From NCBI GenBank assembly GCA_963800175.1, contig CAWCZS010000002.1, forward strand, positions 960,328 to 1,024,327: a stretch of DNA of 64,000 nt. Direction: 5' to 3'. The first letter of the stretch is position 1. Each line of letters begins with the position of its first letter. Positions 20,517 through 29,968 of this stretch are shown in pieces. The translations under genes and the position numbers were made by a program. The notes below the pieces were generated by a model. The model did not search any database. It was not told where the DNA came from and was given only the letters and a program-made list of their open reading frames with translations. Origin of the DNA: Candidatus Dormiibacterota bacterium (GTDB taxonomy: Bacteria; Chloroflexota; Dormibacteria; Aeolococcales; Aeolococcaceae).

Positions 20517-22440
20517 GTGGATGCTGTAACCACCGCACGTCCGCCGATGTCGACACCGCCGACACTGGCTCGCCGGCTCAGCGAGTGGGGACTGCCACTC
20601 GGAGTCGTCGGCGCCGTGATCGGGTTCATCATCGGCTTCGCTGTTGGCACGCACGCCATCCCGTACTCCTTTGGCGAGGACAACTCGCTCGGCTCCGACC
20701 CGGGAATCCTCCTCGGCTACGCGCTGAGCGTCGTCGGATTCCTCGCAGGCATGGGGTTCCTCAACTATCCGATCGGCCGTCTGCTGGGTGCGAAGCGCCC
20801 GACGGAGGAGGACAACGCGTACCTCCACGGTGAGGGTGGTGGGCTCGGTCGGTACTTCCGGATGACCACCGACCACAAGGTCATCGGGCTGCAGTACCTG
20901 GTGATGATCCTCACGTTCCTGTTCGTCGGCGGGCTCGGCGCGATGTTCATCCGTACCGAGCTGCTGACCCCATCGCCGACTGTCGCGAACGCGCAGTCAT
21001 ATCTGACGCTCGTCGGGTTGCACAGCACGCTGATGATCTTCATGGCGTCCGCGGCGATCATCGGGCCGTTCGGCAACTACTTCGTGCCGATCATGATCGG
21101 CACGCGCAACATGGCATTCCCACGCGTTGAGGCGCTTGACGTTCTGGCTCCTTCCACCTGCCGGATTGATCCTGCTCTCCACGGTGTTCCTGGGCGGTTT
21201 CACAACCGGGTGGACCGGCTACGCGCCGCTCGCCGATCAGAACGTGCTGGGCATGGACTCCTACCTCATCGCGTTCGCGCTCATCGGCATCTCGATCGGC
21301 CTGTCAGGGCTCAACATGATCGCGACGATCCTCACCAAGCGTGCTCCTGGGATGCCGCTCAGCCGGATGCCGATCTTCGTGTGGTCGGTGCTGGTCACGT
21401 CATTCCTCGGCGCGCTCGCGGCCCCCGCATTGATCGCCGCGGTTCTCATGGAAGTGTTCGACCGCTCGTATCAGACGACGTTCTTCGTCCCCGCCGGCGG
21501 TGGGTCGCCGTATCTCTGGGAGAACCTGTTCTGGTTCTTCGGCCACCCGGAGGTGTACATCTTCGTCGTCCCGGCTTTCGGGCTCGTCATGGAGATGCTG
21601 CCGGTCTTCACGCGACGGCCGCTCTGGGGCTATCGCGTCGGTGTCGGCGGCATGGTCGCAATCGGACTGCTCAGCTTTGTCGTGTGGCAGCACCACCTGT
21701 TCGTGAGCGGTCTCGCGCCGTCACTGCGACCGTTCTACATGTTCTCCACCGAGATGATCTCGGTGCCGACCGGCATCATCTACCTGGTGGCACTGGGGAC
21801 GATGTGGCGCGCGCGCACGCGTTTCACGGTGCCGATGCTGTTCATCTTCGGATTCTTCTTCAACTTCCTGATCGGCGGGTTCACCGGCGTGTTCCTGTCG
21901 GACGTGCCGAGTGACTTCACGCTGCACGCAAGCTACTTCGTGCAGGCGCATTTCCACTACACGATCATGGGAGGGGAGGTCTTCGCACTGATGGCGGCGA
22001 TCGTCTATTACCTCCCGAAGATGACCGGCCGCACCATGGACATCAAACTGCTGCGCTTCCAGTTCTGGGCCGTCTTCATCACGTTCAACGGAACGTTCAT
22101 CTCGCTCATCGCGGTCGGCATTCTCGGCATGCCGCGACGCGTCATCAGTTACGCGGCGTACCTGCAACCGCTGAACATCAGTGCAACGATCTTCGCGTAT
22201 GGGCTCGGGCTGTCGATGACACTCTTCCTCGGCATCCTGCTGTGGGAAGTGTTCATCAAGCAGCGGGTCGCGGCGAGCAACCCGTGGGATTCGCTGGGCG
22301 TCGAATGGCAGGTGCCGACACCGGTGCCGACATTCAACTTCGACCGTGTGCCGGTGTCCTGGTCGTTGCCGTATGACTACGACACAGGCAAGCCCGCGGC
22401 GGACTTCGGGCCGGCCGTGCCCGCCTTGAGTGGAGCGTGA
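20517..22440 (+). CDS. ctaD: Cytochrome c oxidase subunit I with ~65-aa N-terminal extension; frameshift near 21130
   Basis: TTDHKVIGLQYLV, GNYFVPIMIG, WFFGHPEVYIF and HHLFV..HFHYT heme/CuB ligand motifs. The expected FPRLNALSFWLLPP is broken between ORFs 20517.. and 21127..22440. Confidence 0.9.
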
Positions 22441-23042
22441 GCATGAGTGACGTCAGCCCGACCGGGCTCACCGTGATGGACGATACCGACGGCGGACGCA
22501 CGCTGGTCTTCACGTCGCGATTGGTGATGGCGGCGAACACCACACTCCAGCTGAGCCTGCTCTTCGCGTACCTCTATCTCCGCGCCAACAACTTCGCGCA
22601 GATGTGGCGTCCGAGCGGTGTGAACCCCCCGCCGGAGGCGCTCGCGCTCACCGGACTCGTGTTCCCGGTGATCACGCTCGCGGCACTCTGGGCCGTCTAC
22701 AACGCCGTGAGCAAGGCGCGCGACGCGCGGTCCATCAACGGGTTGCTCTGGCTGGCGGTGTTGTGCGCAGTCATCACCGGCACGATCCGCATCGTGCTCA
22801 TGTACCAGTTCAACTGGGAGCTCGACAGCGCGGGGACCTACGCGGCGATCACGACACTCTGGTACGCGGTGGTGTTGAGCGAGTTCATCCTCGTCGGCCT
22901 GTGGCTGCTCAGCCTGACGATGGGGCATGTGCGCGGCACGGATCGACTCAATCCTGCGCGTGCGCGAGCCGTGCTGGATCAGTGGACGTACATCACCGGC
23001 CTTTCGATTGCGGTGTACCTGCTGGTCCAGTTCGTCAAGTAG
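22437..23042 (+). CDS. Cytochrome c oxidase subunit III-like membrane protein
   Basis: 201 aa with about 5 TM helices. The GTG start overlaps the ctaD stop, matching the position of subunit III/IV in actinobacterial cta operons. Confidence 0.55.
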   Translation: MSMSDVSPTGLTVMDDTDGGRTLVFTSRLVMAANTTLQLSLLFAYLYLRANNFAQMWRPSGVNPPPEALALTGLVFPVITLAALWAVYNAVSKARDARSINGLLWLAVLCAVITGTIRIVLMYQFNWELDSAGTYAAITTLWYAVVLSEFILVGLWLLSLTMGHVRGTDRLNPARARAVLDQWTYITGLSIAVYLLVQFVK

Positions 23043-23048
23043 GGCGAT

Positions 23049-23889
23049 ATGCTCTGGCCACCGCTGTTTGACTGGAGTTTCGAGCCAGTACCGATCGTAG
23101 GAAGCGCGTACTGCTGCCTACCTGTACTGGCGCGGGCGCCGGACTGGAGCGTTGGCCCTCGGACGTTCGACATCGTGGGACAACGGTGACACCGCGTTCG
23201 TTCTCGGTATCGGCGCATTGCTCCTCGCGCTGATCTCACCGATCTCGTACTTCGACATCACCCTGCAGTGGGACCACATGGTGCAGCACGTGCTCCTGCT
23301 GCTCGTCGCCCCGCCGCTGATCCTGCTCGCGGATCCGTTCCGCACGGTATGGGCCGGCTACCTGGCCGCGCAGGGGCGCCCGATCGTGATCGAGGGAACC
23401 TGGCCCGCGCGGGTGATGGGCAAGCTCCACTCGGGTCCGAGAGCAGCCGCGGCGGTGGTGGCCCTCTTCAGCGTCGACCTCCTCCTGTGGCATCTGCCCC
23501 CGATCTACAACGCGACCTTGCGGATCGCGTCGGTGCATGACCTCGAGCACCTCACCTTCCTCGTGGTCGGACTGCTCTTCTGGGACCAGGTCATCAGCCC
23601 GTTGCAGGCCCCTGGCCGGTTGTCGCTCCTCGGACGAGGCGTGGTGGTGATGGTGGGCATGTTCGTGAGCTGGGGGCTCGCGATCGTGATCGGCTACGCA
23701 ACCCATCCGCTCTACGCTTACCCGGTGCCGCACGGGGGGTTGAGCCTGCTCGGGGACCAGGAGATCGCCGCGGGCGTGATGTGGGTGCCGGGTGGGGTCC
23801 CATTTCTCATCGCCCTGCTGTATCTCGGCATTCGCTGGTTCGAGGTGGATGACCGCGCCGGATCGAGCGCGGCGGTGACACAGCCATGA
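23049..23889 (+). CDS. ctaG: Cytochrome c oxidase assembly factor CtaG (Caa3_CtaG family); frameshift near 23105
   Basis: HMVQHVLLLLVAPPLILLADP motif. The N-terminus MLWPPLFDWSFEP is in frame 0 and continues in frame 1 (ORF 23152..23889). Confidence 0.75.
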
Positions 23890-24410
23890 TGGTCCGCAGG
23901 CGCCTGATGATCGGTTGCGCGCTCGTGTTGTTCGCCTCCGCGTGCGGGGCAGTGAAGCCCGAGGCGATCCCCACGTTGCAGGTCACCGCGACGGGCGGCC
24001 CGACGCTGACCGGGAAGGACGTCAGCATCACGTCGTTCCGCGGCCGGCCGGTGGTGCTGATCTTCTGGGCGTCCTGGTGTGGACCCTGCCATGATGAGCA
24101 GCCGGCACTGAACGCGGCGTACACGCAGTGGTCGCCTCGCGGTGTCGTGTTCCTGGGCGTCGACCTTCGCGACACGACCACTCCCGCGCTCGCGTTCCAA
24201 TCGGAGTTCAAGGTGCCGTATCCCAGCATCGCCGACACCAACGCGACCCTGGCGATCGACTACCGTATTCCCTCGGCGCCGTCCCTGGTCTTTCTCAACG
24301 CGCAGGGCAAGGTCGCGGACGTCGTGCTCGGGGCGCTCGGCACCATGAGCGTCGCCGATTTCAATGCGGAGCTCACAACGCTGCTGGGCTCGCCGGCCAC
24401 GAGCGCGTAG
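23886..24410 (+). CDS. TlpA/ResA-like thiol-disulfide oxidoreductase lipoprotein
   Basis: Lipobox LFASACG, thioredoxin WCGPC active site, 174 aa. Confidence 0.8.
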   Translation: MMVRRRLMIGCALVLFASACGAVKPEAIPTLQVTATGGPTLTGKDVSITSFRGRPVVLIFWASWCGPCHDEQPALNAAYTQWSPRGVVFLGVDLRDTTTPALAFQSEFKVPYPSIADTNATLAIDYRIPSAPSLVFLNAQGKVADVVLGALGTMSVADFNAELTTLLGSPATSA

Positions 24411-24418
24411 GAGAGGGG

Positions 24419-25373
24419 ATGCAGACCAGCGCAGACATCGTCATCGGCGGAGCGGAGGGGACCGGCGTGCCCACCGTCGCTGTTGACGTCGCCGGTCGCC
24501 GATCCACACAACTCCGCGCGAGCGCTCGCGATTACGTGAGCCTGACCAAGCCTCGCATCATCGTGCTCCTTCTCATCACGGAGATCGCGACGATGGTCAT
24601 CGCCGCGCGGGGGATTCCGTCGCCCGGCGTTGCTGCTGTGGGCCGCGCTCGGCGGGGCGCTCGCATCCGGCGGATCAGGCGCGATCAACTGCTGGTACGA
24701 CCGCGACATCGACCGCGTCATGGCGCGCACGTGCACCCGTCCGCTCCCGTCGGGACGCATTCTGCCGTGGCAGGCGCTCACGTTCGGCGTGTCGTTGATC
24801 GTCGCATCCGTGCTCGTGTTCAGCCTCGCCGTGAATCTGCTCTCGGCCGCGCTGGCACTCGGCGGTGGCTTGTTCTACGTGTTCATCTACACGATGCTGC
24901 TCAAGCGAAGGACGCCGCTGAACATCGTCATCGGCGGTGCCGCAGGCGCGTTCCCGCCACTGGTGGGTTGGGCTGCGGTGCAGGGCAACGTCGGCTGGCC
25001 GGCGTTCGTACTCTTCGCGGTGGTGTTCCTCTGGACGCCGCCACACTTCTGGTCACTCGCACTGCTGCTCCGTCGCGACTACCGCAATGCCAGCGTGCCG
25101 ATGTTGCCGGGCATCATCGGAACGGCCAGGACGCACCGGCGAATCCTTCTCTACCTCGTGGTGCTGATCGCGGCGAGCCTGCTTCCTGGACTCGTTCTCG
25201 GCATCGGGTACACGATCGGCGCGGCAGTTCTGGGCGCGTTCTACATGGGGCTTGCCCTCTGGGCTCGCGCCGAGGGTTCATCACGCGCGGTGGCGCTGCT
25301 GTTCCACTACTCGCTCGCGTATCTCGCGCTCATCTTCGTGGTGGGCGCTGTGGCGGCGGTCGTCCTCGGCTAA
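24419..25373 (+). CDS. ctaB: Protoheme IX farnesyltransferase (heme O synthase); frameshift near 24620
   Basis: LTKPRIIVLLLITEIATM in frame 2, then INCWYDRDIDRVMARTCTRPLPSG and LWTPPHFWSLALL in ORF 24630..25373. Confidence 0.85.
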
Positions 25374-25440
25374 GCGCTCGGGCTCAACTGGCGAGGATCG
25401 TTCAGGTCGAGTCGCCGCCCTAAGCATTGACACGCTGAAG

Positions 25441-28266
25441 GTGATCGCATACGTTGCACGTCCATCTCGATACGGGAAGGAACACGCCATCCTTACTCAG
25501 CACAAGCGCAAGATTCTCCTCTCCACGCTCGTCGCCGTATTCCTTGCAGGAGTCACGGCAGTGCCGACGACAATTGGTGCGGGCGCCGCTCCTGCGCCAG
25601 CGAACGCCGGCGTCGCCGCCCGCATTGCACGTGCTGCCGCGATCGCGCACGCAGACCTGGGCCGCACTGCGAAGCCCGTCTGCGGCCCGGTGCAACCTGG
25701 ATTTGCGCGGTGCCTCGAGTTGGTCGACAAGGCTCCGCTGGGATTCACGCCCCTCACAAGTCCCGACGGCTACGGTCCGGCCGACCTGCAGAGCGCATAC
25801 GCCCTTCCATCGTCGACCAACGGCACAGGCAGGACCATCGCCATCGTGGATGCGTACAACGATCCGGACGCGGCATCGGATCTGGCCACGTATCGATCCA
25901 CGTACGGGCTACCGCCATGCACCGCAGGGAGCGGATGTTTTCGCCAGGTCAACCAGTCGGGTGGGACCTCGCTTCCCGCGGACAACGTGCAGTGGGCGAG
26001 CGAAATCTCGCTCGACCTCGACATGGTCTCGGCCACCTGCCCGAACTGCCATATCCTGCTCGTCGAGGCGTCGATTCCCTACAGCACGGATCTGGGGACC
26101 GCTGAAGACGAAGCCGTCGCTCTGGGCGCGACGGAGATCTCGAACAGCTACGGCGGGCCTGAGGGGACGTTCGACCAGAGCACCGACCCCTACTACGACC
26201 ATCCGGGCATCGCCATCACCGCCGGAAGCGGTGACGACGGCTACGGGGTCAATTACCCGGCGGCTTCGCCCTACGTCACCGCCGTCGGCGGAACGAACCT
26301 CCAGATGACGACCACCGGCCGGGATTGGGCCGAAACAGCCTGGGACGGAGCGGGAAGTGGTTGCAGCGCGTACGAGAGCCGGCCCACGTGGCAGTCGAAC
26401 AATTCGAACATCGTCGCGGTCTGCGGCCACAGAGCTGTCGCCGACGTCTCCGCCGTTGCGGATCCGGACACGCCGGTGGCGGTCTACGACACCTACGGTT
26501 CCGGCGGTTGGGGTCTCGCCGGCGGCACCAGCGCGTCGACCCCGATCATCGCCGGCGTCTTCGCGCTGACGTCGAACGCGTCGGCATTCGGCACGGGGTA
26601 TCTGTACAGCCACACGGCCGGTCTCAACGACGTGACGTCCGGTTCCAACGGCAGCTGCGGTGGCAGTGCGCTCTGCACGGCCACGATCGGATGGGATGGG
26701 CCCACGGGCCTCGGAACTCCCAACGGCATCAGCGCTTTCGGCACGGGCGGTGACCCGATTATCAGCGCAGTCGTCCCTGCGACAGGGCCGGTTGCAGGTG
26801 GTGAGACGGTGACGGTGCTCGGCTCCGGATTTTCGGCACCAATGACCGCAACAATCGGTGGCACGTCAGTGACTCCGACCGCGATCACGGCCGACTCCTT
26901 TCAATTCGTGACTCCCGCGGAGAGCGCGGGCTATGTCCAGATCGAAGCGAGGACCGCGATTGGCCCGAGCCTGCCCGCGGCGCAGTCCGGGTACGTTTAC
27001 ACGGCGCTCAGCAACTACACGGCCCTCCCCGCACCGTTCCGCATTCTCGACACGCGGGCGTTGACATGCATCCAATGCGCGAGCGGCGCTCTGGGCGCGG
27101 GCGCCACGCGAACGGTTCCGATTACGGGGTACACCGATCCCAGGACGCATGAGACTGTCCCTGCAGGCGCGACGGCGGTTGTCATCAACGTGACCGCTGT
27201 GGCGGGCACTGCCGCGAGCCTGCTCACCGTCTATCCGGCCGGCACGTATCAGCCGACCGCGTCGAATCTCAACTTCGCCGCCGGAAAGGCCATTCCCAAC
27301 CTCGTGACCGCCACGCTCGGCGAGAGTGGCGCGATCACCATCTACAACGCTGACGGCATGGTGAACGTGCTCGCCGACGTCGAGGGATACTTCGCGCCCG
27401 AGGCGTCGAGTGATGCCACCGGCGAGTTCCACGCCATCGCCCCGGTTCGCGTCTGCGACACGCGATCGACCTCGACGACGCCCGCCTGCAGAGCCCACGG
27501 CGCGCTTGTCGGCACGACCCCGCTCATCGTCAACGTGACCACGGGCGCCGGAATCCCGAGCAACGGTAATGCCGCTGCCGCGGTGCTCAACATCACCGGG
27601 GTCGCCGGTAACGCCCTGACCTTCCTGAGCGTGTTTCCGACGACATCGACCGGAACCTGTGCGTACGGTGGCAGCACGGCCCCAGCCTTCTCGATGCTCA
27701 ACCTTACCGCCGGCGTCACGCAGGCGAATCGGGTGATGGTGGGACTCGGACCGTCGGCGCCGGGCGGCAATGACACGTCGGTGTGCGTGTACAACGCGGC
27801 CGGGACGATCAACGTGGTTCTGGATGCCAATGGCTGGTTTGGCGGATCCAGCGCCGGAGCCGGCGACCAGTACGAGGCGATCAGCCCGAGCCGCATCTGC
27901 GACACCCGCACGGCGTCGGGCTATCCGTGCGCCGGCGAGACGCTCGGCCCGAACAGCCACGACGTCGTAGCTGTGGCGGGTGTCGGCGGCGTTCCGGCCG
28001 CTGCTTCGGCGAATCCGCCGCTCGCCATCATCGCCAACCTCACCGCGATCGCACCCACTGCGGGCACATACCTGTCGATCTACCCGGCGAACCTCTCGAC
28101 ACTCCCGGTGGTGTCGGACATCAACGACAACCCCGGAGAGGTGCTTGCAAACCTCGTGGTGGTGGAGCTCGATCCAAACGCGGGAGCGGACGACGGCGAC
28201 GTCAACCTTTACAACGCGGCCGGCATCGTGAACGCCGTGGTCGACGTCGAGGGCTGGTTCCAGTAG
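25441..28266 (+). CDS. Secreted S8/S53-type serine peptidase with IPT/TIG domain and three tandem ~125-aa repeats of an uncharacterized domain (start codon uncertain)
   Basis: Signal-like KRKILLSTLVAVFLAGVTA. Peptidase motifs TIAIVDAYNDPD, AGSGDDGY and GGTSASTPIIAGVFAL. IPT/TIG PIISAVVPATGPVAGGETVTVLGSGF. Three repeats each start R[IV][LC]DTR and end D[VA][EN]G[YW]F. Confidence 0.7.
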   Translation: MIAYVARPSRYGKEHAILTQHKRKILLSTLVAVFLAGVTAVPTTIGAGAAPAPANAGVAARIARAAAIAHADLGRTAKPVCGPVQPGFARCLELVDKAPLGFTPLTSPDGYGPADLQSAYALPSSTNGTGRTIAIVDAYNDPDAASDLATYRSTYGLPPCTAGSGCFRQVNQSGGTSLPADNVQWASEISLDLDMVSATCPNCHILLVEASIPYSTDLGTAEDEAVALGATEISNSYGGPEGTFDQSTDPYYDHPGIAITAGSGDDGYGVNYPAASPYVTAVGGTNLQMTTTGRDWAETAWDGAGSGCSAYESRPTWQSNNSNIVAVCGHRAVADVSAVADPDTPVAVYDTYGSGGWGLAGGTSASTPIIAGVFALTSNASAFGTGYLYSHTAGLNDVTSGSNGSCGGSALCTATIGWDGPTGLGTPNGISAFGTGGDPIISAVVPATGPVAGGETVTVLGSGFSAPMTATIGGTSVTPTAITADSFQFVTPAESAGYVQIEARTAIGPSLPAAQSGYVYTALSNYTALPAPFRILDTRALTCIQCASGALGAGATRTVPITGYTDPRTHETVPAGATAVVINVTAVAGTAASLLTVYPAGTYQPTASNLNFAAGKAIPNLVTATLGESGAITIYNADGMVNVLADVEGYFAPEASSDATGEFHAIAPVRVCDTRSTSTTPACRAHGALVGTTPLIVNVTTGAGIPSNGNAAAAVLNITGVAGNALTFLSVFPTTSTGTCAYGGSTAPAFSMLNLTAGVTQANRVMVGLGPSAPGGNDTSVCVYNAAGTINVVLDANGWFGGSSAGAGDQYEAISPSRICDTRTASGYPCAGETLGPNSHDVVAVAGVGGVPAAASANPPLAIIANLTAIAPTAGTYLSIYPANLSTLPVVSDINDNPGEVLANLVVVELDPNAGADDGDVNLYNAAGIVNAVVDVEGWFQ

Positions 28267-28371
28267 GGATCCCTATCGGGGGCGCCGCACTCCTCCGTGC
28301 TTTACGCGCTGGCGACCGGCCCGGCTCTCCGTGATGAGCCAGGCCGGCCGCGATTGCGCGAGAGACGAGTG

Positions 28372-29775
28372 TTAGTGGCCTAAAGCGGCCGTCGCCTGTG
28401 CGTCCATCGTCAACTCGATCGTCGAAACGTTGGATGGGCTCGGGTTCTGGAGGAACTGGATCAGGTCCGCCCAGAGCTTCGGCTCCCAGCTGCCCTGAAG
28501 GTCGTCAAGGCTGAACACGAAGCTGCTCGCATGGACGAGTGCCTGTGCATCAGCCTGGCTCACCGGGTCCGGGTACGCGCTCTGCGCCACCTGGTTGTTT
28601 GGCGACGCGAAGCCGCCGAGGTGCGCCCAGATGGTGCCGGGCTCAGGTCCTGCGAGGTACTTGATGAGCGCAATTGCCTGCGGCGTTGAATTGAGCAACA
28701 TCGCCACGTCACCCGCTCCCTGGATTGCGGTGTTGTTTGCGCTATCGGCGGCGGGCGCCGGGAAGGCGAAGAAGTTGTAGCAGGGAGTTGTCGCGGGGTT
28801 GACGGTGCATGCGGCGCCGCCGGCTCCGGTGGTTCCAGGGGTGTAGTTGGCAGAGTTACCGGTGATCTCGCTGACGACGAAGTCGGCCTCGATCACCATC
28901 GCAGCCTGTGGCTGTGCGGGTGGCTTCGGGAACACCTTGTCGACGCATGCGGGATAGGCGTTGGACAGCGAGCCTGAGAGTCCGCCGAGCAGGTACGACG
29001 TGTTCCCAACGAGCTGCGCCATGGTCGTGAATGCCGTCGTCACCGTTGGATCAGTCCACTTGAGAGTGTGGGCCGCCAGCTTGTCGTAGTCGGCTGCGCC
29101 GGCGGTCTTGAGATAGATGTTCTGCCACATGTCGGCGACCGGCCAGCCGACGTCGGTGCACAGCGAGAAGGGCGTCGTCCCTGCGGCTTTCAACTGCGCG
29201 GCATCGGTCAGCAGCTGCTCCCATGTGGTAGGCGGCGTCGAGATGCCTGCGGCCGTGAACAGCGCGGGGTTGTACCAGATCGTGTTCTTGTTCGCGCCCT
29301 TGAACCACACGCCGTACTGCACGCCGTTGTAACTCGCCAGGGTGTTCCACGCGGCGCCGAAGTTCGACGTCAGGCTGCCGAGGATGCTCGTGAGTGGTTT
29401 GATCGCGCCCTGCTTGGCGAGCGTGTCGAGGGTGCCCGGGTCAGGAACCAGCGCGACATCAGGCGGCGAACCACCGGCCACCGCTGCAGTGAGCGCGGTG
29501 TCCATGTTGTTGCCCTTGCCCTGGTAGTTCACGGTGATGCCCGTGTCGGCCTCGAACGGCGCCAGCGCCGCTTGGAAATCCTGCTGCTCCTGCGCGGTCC
29601 ACTCCGCCCACAACGTGACCGATCCGCCGATCTTCGCGCTCGATGAACCTGAGCTTGAGGATGATGCAGCGGGCGTCGATGTCGAACCGCACGCAGTCGC
29701 GATTCCCAGGATTCCGGCTGTCACCACCGCCAGCTTGCCGAGCGTGCTGACCTGCGTCATAGAGATCCTCCTCAC
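28372..29775 (-). CDS. Sugar ABC transporter substrate-binding lipoprotein (family 1)
   Basis: Signal peptide with lipobox LGIATACGS and a Ser-rich linker. Characteristic SBP_bac_1 size and composition. Transcribed divergently from the permease genes. Confidence 0.75.
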   Translation of the reverse strand: MRRISMTQVSTLGKLAVVTAGILGIATACGSTSTPAASSSSSGSSSAKIGGSVTLWAEWTAQEQQDFQAALAPFEADTGITVNYQGKGNNMDTALTAAVAGGSPPDVALVPDPGTLDTLAKQGAIKPLTSILGSLTSNFGAAWNTLASYNGVQYGVWFKGANKNTIWYNPALFTAAGISTPPTTWEQLLTDAAQLKAAGTTPFSLCTDVGWPVADMWQNIYLKTAGAADYDKLAAHTLKWTDPTVTTAFTTMAQLVGNTSYLLGGLSGSLSNAYPACVDKVFPKPPAQPQAAMVIEADFVVSEITGNSANYTPGTTGAGGAACTVNPATTPCYNFFAFPAPAADSANNTAIQGAGDVAMLLNSTPQAIALIKYLAGPEPGTIWAHLGGFASPNNQVAQSAYPDPVSQADAQALVHASSFVFSLDDLQGSWEPKLWADLIQFLQNPSPSNVSTIELTMDAQATAALGH

Positions 29776-29968
29776 GGGGGCACGCTCGTTCGACCGAGCC
29801 CCGGTGGCCTAATTTGTTCGAGCAACGGTGTACTCCTCCTGTCCCCGAAACGCAACTACCGCAGATCCGTGCTCATACCAACGGGTGATGTTCGTACTGC
29901 GGCGACTTGCCGGTTGCGGATCAACGTCCGCGGACGTAGCATCTCCCGCACTGTGGTGAGGGCCTGAC

